A stretch of 21,221 bases of DNA, from positions 1-21,221 of the forward strand of contig JBAXBA010000067.1 of the NCBI GenBank assembly GCA_037142195.1, in the 5' to 3' direction. Source of the stretch: Pseudomonadota bacterium. Its GTDB lineage: Bacteria > Bdellovibrionota_B > Oligoflexia > Oligoflexales > CAIMVM01. The notes under the pieces are model-generated. The model had not been told where the DNA came from and did no database searches. It saw only the letters and a program-made list of their open reading frames with translations. Position numbers and translations under genes: made by a program. Shown here one piece after another: positions 16,804-21,221 of the stretch (positions are counted from its first letter, which is position 1; the number at the start of each line of letters is the position of its first letter).

Positions 16804-17691
16804 TTAGGCCGCTATATGAATATCAGGAAGATCGGTATGCGTGCGAGCCTCCACTTCTAAATCTCTCCTGCTATAAAACCAGGCAATGCTGTGTGGGGGT
16901 GAGTAATCTTTTCCTGGATGATGCAAAATGTATCTTGAGTGCCACCAGGCACTGTCTGAAAGGGTAGAACGGAGCAGAGATTGCCCCTCCATGCTATAGC
17001 GGGAAAAGTATTTTATAAAATGGACGTCATCGACCCCATAAATTTGAGCTTCACGAATAAAATCCAATTGATCAGAAATCTCCAGATGAACAGAAGCAGA
17101 AACGGCAAAGCTTCTGAAATCTGTATTCAGTCGGCAAAGATCCAAAAGCACCGCTTTAGCTTTATCGGAGCTTAGAACCGCCAAAATAGCATTGGCCTTC
17201 CGGGGCTGATGCAGGGTTAAGAGTCTCCTCAGATAAATGACGGTAACCTCCTGATCATCAAAACAGAGAGCCGGAAGGGGAATCTGCCACAAGTCAGAGT
17301 CTTCAGGCTGCGAGTTCAAATACATTATTCTGTCTTCAGGATTTCCAATAAGACAAAGGAGGGTTACGTTTTCAGACTGAGCCCGTAAGTTCTTAGACTT
17401 TGAGGCGAGACAATAGTCTTTTAGCCCGGTCCTTAGGGCTAAATCGACCAACAGCTCTTGTGCTTCGCCTTCACGAATCAGCTCGGTCCAAAGACTTCTC
17501 CATGTTTTAGGATAAAGTGAAAACAGGTGACTCAGAACCACCCTGGAGTTACCAGACTTTTTTATCCCTTGAATTTGTTTGTACATAGAGGCTTTGATAA
17601 GGCCCACGTGTAGGGACTCCCAAGCCTTGTAGAGCCTGGTAGCATAATGAGAAAACACAAACCAGCATATAAAAGCATAGATCAGAATCAT
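16804..17691 (-). CDS. Hypothetical membrane-anchored, probably alpha-helical (HEAT-like) protein
   Basis: 295-aa ORF with SD GGGAGAGG, a hydrophobic N-terminus and Leu-rich amphipathic segments. The HEAT-like call is inference only. Confidence 0.7.
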   Translation of the reverse strand: MILIYAFICWFVFSHYATRLYKAWESLHVGLIKASMYKQIQGIKKSGNSRVVLSHLFSLYPKTWRSLWTELIREGEAQELLVDLALRTGLKDYCLASKSKNLRAQSENVTLLCLIGNPEDRIMYLNSQPEDSDLWQIPLPALCFDDQEVTVIYLRRLLTLHQPRKANAILAVLSSDKAKAVLLDLCRLNTDFRSFAVSASVHLEISDQLDFIREAQIYGVDDVHFIKYFSRYSMEGQSLLRSTLSDSAWWHSRYILHHPGKDYSPPHSIAWFYSRRDLEVEARTHTDLPDIHIAA

Positions 17692-17799
17692 AAGTTATAC
17701 CTCTCCCTGTTTCTCGGAAATTTAAAGCGATGACTCAAAGTAAAAATTGCCTAGTTGCAAGCTCAGCTATTTTAGAAGCATGTAAATCTCTAGCACTTC

Positions 17800-17808
17800 T
17801 GTTAGAAT
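17800..17808 (+). promoter_or_regulatory. Extended -10 promoter element upstream of murF
   Basis: TG-T-TAGAAT, 23 nt before ATG 17832. SD AGGAG. Confidence 0.45.
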
Positions 17809-17831
17809 GAACTATCCTCATAGGAGCGCAT

Positions 17832-19298
17832 ATGTGGCCACTGGAACCTGAATTCATAAAAACTGTATTTCCCCATTCGAAAATTAAAGAACCGATTTCT
17901 GGTGCTTCAACAGACTCGAGGTCGATTCTTAATACTCAGATGTTTATTGCCCTTAAAGGGGGGCGCTTTGACGGTCACGATTACCTTCTAGAATTGTTCA
18001 AAAACGGACTCAAATGTGCTTTAGTTTCTGAGGAATGGGCACAAAATGCACCTGAAGAGCTGAAAGACAAACTCCTGTACAAGGGCGACTCTGTGCAGGG
18101 TTTGAGAGAGTTGGCCCGTGCTTTTCGCAAAAGACTCCCTTTTCCTGTCATCGGCATCGGTGGATCCAATGGAAAAACGACCACTAAAGAAATGCTTGCT
18201 GCCCTTCTTTCTGGGAGGCAGCAACGAGTCACTAAGACCGAAAAAAGCGAAAACGGTTTTATTGGAGTAGCGAAGACCCTCATTCAAAACGCTCATACTC
18301 CCCGTGAAAATATCGGTGCTCTTGTTTTAGAAATTGGAATCGATCAAAAGAAGGCTATGGCAAGCCACATGGAATTGGCACAACCCGACTGTGTTTTATT
18401 AACTGCCCTCGGTCCAGAACACCTAGAAGGACTTGGGGGCTGGAATGATGCGATCTTGGAGGAGATTGAACTTTTTAAGCTTTCCAAAGGCAAACCGCGC
18501 GTTTGGCAGCTGTCAGAGCCTAAAATTTGGGATTTCTCAGAGTTAGTAGACGAGCAGGATTGTTTTGTTGTTTATGAAGAAGATATCAGCCGTGGCTCAA
18601 ATGCCTTCGGCCGCTCCAAGCTCAGCGATTTTAATCTGCTTCATTGGCATATGGAGACGGAACGTCCCGATAGAACCGTAATCTATGCCCGCTGGATTGA
18701 GAAAACAAAAGAGTCCAAACTCCTATGTTTTACGGTTCCCCTCCCAGGTCTTCATAATGCCAATAACTTTGCTTTAGCCTTGGCAACAGCGCTCCATTTA
18801 GGATGGACCCACGAAGAAGTACTTAAAGGTTGGAAAAACTTTGAAGTACCCCCCATGCGTAGCCGGATTATCTATCTTAAAGAGAATATCTGCCTTTTTG
18901 ACGACTGCTACAACGCCTCTCCTTCAAGCATGAAGGCCGCTTTTGCGTCCCTTGACCATGGAGATTGGCGACACCGCAAGAAAGTCGTAGTCCTGGGAGA
19001 CATGCTGGATCTTGGTGCTGAGTCTCTTAAATGGCATCTCGATATTCTGCCAGCTTTATTGGCTATTTCACATGCGACTATATTTCTCTATGGTGAGGCT
19101 ATGGGTAAAATTTACCTTGCTTTGAATGACAAATTAAAATCGAGAATCTTTCATATAGTGGCATCGGACAACCCCATAAAGCGCCTAGAAGAGTCCGGGG
19201 TTGGACTTACTGACAGCATCATTCTGGTAAAGGGGAGTCGCGGCATGCAGCTAGAAAGGGTAGTGAAGCACCTGGAAACGAAGTTTGCCACTGTCTAA
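17832..19298 (+). CDS. murF: UDP-N-acetylmuramoyl-tripeptide--D-alanyl-D-alanine ligase-like Mur ligase (divergent)
   Basis: TDSR..FIALKG.RFDGHDY, GSNGKTTTKEM, HLEG, G.HNANN, DDCYNASPSSM, LGDMLDLG and KGSRGM.LE. Confidence 0.88.
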   Translation: MWPLEPEFIKTVFPHSKIKEPISGASTDSRSILNTQMFIALKGGRFDGHDYLLELFKNGLKCALVSEEWAQNAPEELKDKLLYKGDSVQGLRELARAFRKRLPFPVIGIGGSNGKTTTKEMLAALLSGRQQRVTKTEKSENGFIGVAKTLIQNAHTPRENIGALVLEIGIDQKKAMASHMELAQPDCVLLTALGPEHLEGLGGWNDAILEEIELFKLSKGKPRVWQLSEPKIWDFSELVDEQDCFVVYEEDISRGSNAFGRSKLSDFNLLHWHMETERPDRTVIYARWIEKTKESKLLCFTVPLPGLHNANNFALALATALHLGWTHEEVLKGWKNFEVPPMRSRIIYLKENICLFDDCYNASPSSMKAAFASLDHGDWRHRKKVVVLGDMLDLGAESLKWHLDILPALLAISHATIFLYGEAMGKIYLALNDKLKSRIFHIVASDNPIKRLEESGVGLTDSIILVKGSRGMQLERVVKHLETKFATV

Positions 19299-19407
19299 TT
19301 TATTATGTCTTTACAGCTAGTTACGTTCAAGCGCGCCCCTTTTTCTTTGTTTTCTTGAAACTAGGATAGGAATAGGCTAAACGAGGTTTCCTCGGGAGGT
19401 CTAGAAC

Positions 19408-20199
19408 ATGGGAAAACAAGGTGACCGTCGGATAGAAGATGGCGGATGGTATGGCTTAAAATCGGGTCTAGAGATGAGACTCTACGGCTTTCACACTTGC
19501 TTCGCTGTTTTCGAATCCCGCAAAAACGATATCATTAGGGTCTATGTCGCAGAACGTAAAGTTAAGACTGCCTCAGCTGTTCTGAAGTTCTGTGCCGATA
19601 ACAAGAAGGCCTATCATATTGTAACGGACGCTGAACTTGAGAAGATCATAGGCTCGGTTCACCATGAAGGCATCGGCATGGTTGTAAAAAAGAAAAAGCC
19701 TATGTCTGAACTGGAGTTTATGAAGACTCTTCTTGCGGAGCCTCCAAAACCCTTATTTTTTATGGATGGTGTTTCCAATCCCCATAACCTTGGGGCCATC
19801 ATGCGAACTCTTGCTCATTTTGGAATCAAGTGGATGATCGGAAACGAGGATGCACTTCCTGAACTTTCTGCATCAGCAGCCAGAACGAGCGAAGGGGCAA
19901 GTGAATTAGTTCAAATGGTTCGCCTGAGAGATCCTGTTGAAGTCCTAAATGACCTTAAAGCAAGGGGTTACGAAATTATTGGTACGTCCTCCCATAACTC
20001 GATTTCCTTTAAAGACTGGACTCCCAAAGCCAAAACCATTCTTGTGCTTGGGGCTGAGTCCACAGGTATTTCAGACGCAATTTCTAAGATTTGTACGAAG
20101 CAGGTAGCTATCCCTGGAACAGGAAACGTAGAAAGCTTAAATGTCAGCGTAGCTGCGGGCATTTTTGCATCACATCTCTCCTTTGGCCTTATCAAATGA
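19408..20199 (+). CDS. SpoU/TrmH family RNA methyltransferase, YfiF-like
   Basis: E.RLYG..C, KKAYHIV.DAELEK..GS.HHEG (resembles E. coli YfiF), plus SPOUT motifs NPHNLGAIMR, VLGAE..G and VESLNVSVA. Confidence 0.92.
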   Translation: MGKQGDRRIEDGGWYGLKSGLEMRLYGFHTCFAVFESRKNDIIRVYVAERKVKTASAVLKFCADNKKAYHIVTDAELEKIIGSVHHEGIGMVVKKKKPMSELEFMKTLLAEPPKPLFFMDGVSNPHNLGAIMRTLAHFGIKWMIGNEDALPELSASAARTSEGASELVQMVRLRDPVEVLNDLKARGYEIIGTSSHNSISFKDWTPKAKTILVLGAESTGISDAISKICTKQVAIPGTGNVESLNVSVAAGIFASHLSFGLIK

Positions 20200-21113
20200 C
20201 TTTGACAGCTTATATGGCTCACTTAGACTTCAAGGATCAGCTCGCTCAGGAACTTAAAAACGTCAAAGCCTGCTACGATCGTCTTTTTCTTTGTGAAGGT
20301 CCCTATCAGGAGGCTATCTGGGCACAAAACACTTGGTTCCATCCCGAGTTTTTAGAAATCACTTCTATAGGCGATGCCGCAAAGAAGTTAAAAGCCAAAC
20401 AAAGAAATTGGGCACCCTATCACTATGACCATAGAAGCCGCCTGAACCTCATTGCAGAAGCTCTTCCCCATGTAAGTGCCAAACGTATTACCTTCGGAGC
20501 TCCCCTTCCGACTCAGCCTATGGGTGGGTTTACGCTCATAGAGCCTAACCTTCTGCTAGCAGCTTCCCATACGAGTTCCCCCTGGGCCCATGGAAGCATG
20601 GAATTTGTTGAGGATAAGACAAACCCTCCTTCCCGAGCTTATTTGAAGCTTTGGGATCTCTTTACCAGAATGCCTATTCGTCCCAGCAAATACGACATTT
20701 GCTTGGACCTGGGCGCGTCTCCAGGAGGATGGACCTGGGTTCTTTCCCAACTGGGGGCAAAAGTAATCGCCGTAGATCGAGCACCGCTCCAAAATGATCT
20801 TATGGAGCATCCCTTGGTCACTTTTAAAAAAGGTGATGCGTTTAAATTCAATCCTAAAGATAACCCTGAGATAGACTGGGTTTTTAGCGATTTGATTTGC
20901 TATCCAGAAAAACTCTATGAATTTTTGCTACCATGGCTTTCAGACTCAAAGCCGAGAAATTTCGTGCTGACGATTAAATTTCAAGGTGAAAATCCTTATG
21001 CTATTTTAGAGCAGTTCCAATCGATTACGGGTTCGCAAATCATTCATCTCTATCACAACAAGCACGAAGTCACTTGGCTCCTTTTGCAAAGACCGATGGA
21101 AAGCCTAACCTAA
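20196..21113 (+). CDS. FtsJ/RlmM-like rRNA 2'-O-ribose methyltransferase
   Basis: PPSRAYLKL, LDLGASPGGWT, VIAVD, WVFSD, TIKF and HNKHEVT. The ATG at 20196 overlaps the upstream TGA (ATGA). Confidence 0.88.
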   Translation: MTLTAYMAHLDFKDQLAQELKNVKACYDRLFLCEGPYQEAIWAQNTWFHPEFLEITSIGDAAKKLKAKQRNWAPYHYDHRSRLNLIAEALPHVSAKRITFGAPLPTQPMGGFTLIEPNLLLAASHTSSPWAHGSMEFVEDKTNPPSRAYLKLWDLFTRMPIRPSKYDICLDLGASPGGWTWVLSQLGAKVIAVDRAPLQNDLMEHPLVTFKKGDAFKFNPKDNPEIDWVFSDLICYPEKLYEFLLPWLSDSKPRNFVLTIKFQGENPYAILEQFQSITGSQIIHLYHNKHEVTWLLLQRPMESLT

Positions 21114-21221
21114 AGGCCAAAATACTACTTACATCTATAAGTTAACATTCGGTCTCTAAACCATAGGTGTCTTAAAATCATTTTCTTGAGGAATCTGGAA
21201 GGCTTCGAGGAATGTTCGAAC

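Noticed and set aside
20091..20195. 35-codon N-terminal extension of the RlmM-like ORF (likewise fadA 11805, fadN 9389, slyD 2284, PRTase 13615)
   Set aside because: Downstream ATGs have SD or coupling signals and match family N-termini.
280..20851. Many short antisense/overlapping ORFs in the ORF track (e.g. 4542-4838, 9382-9822, 17981-18283)
   Set aside because: Shadows of well-supported genes on the opposite strand or in another frame.

Overview
A mostly housekeeping bacterial chromosomal segment in the standard genetic code. A Bdellovibrionota/Oligoflexia-like or other delta-proteobacterial origin is only my impression from gene style and promoter types. Gene order: an interrupted unknown ORF, a 14-bp tandem repeat, nitroreductase, slyD, an unknown lipoprotein with a sigma28-type promoter followed by a candidate structured RNA, typA, tkt, tatD, tcdA and fadN-fadA. 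A ~1.8-kb decaying islet follows, with a truncated COG1926-type phosphoribosyltransferase, an intact host-attachment/release-factor-like gene with a sigma54-type promoter, and ORF remnants. The window ends with dedA, rmuC, a membrane-anchored hypothetical, an orphan divergent murF, and a coupled YfiF-like/RlmM-like RNA methyltransferase pair. I saw no CRISPR array, tRNA/rRNA, integrase or transposase, and I cannot claim a clear-cut new system. The best leads are (1) the sigma28 lipoprotein with its 3' structured RNA, (2) the sigma54 host-attachment gene beside the PRTase remnant as a possible dormancy module, and (3) the stand-alone MurF with altered catalytic motifs.
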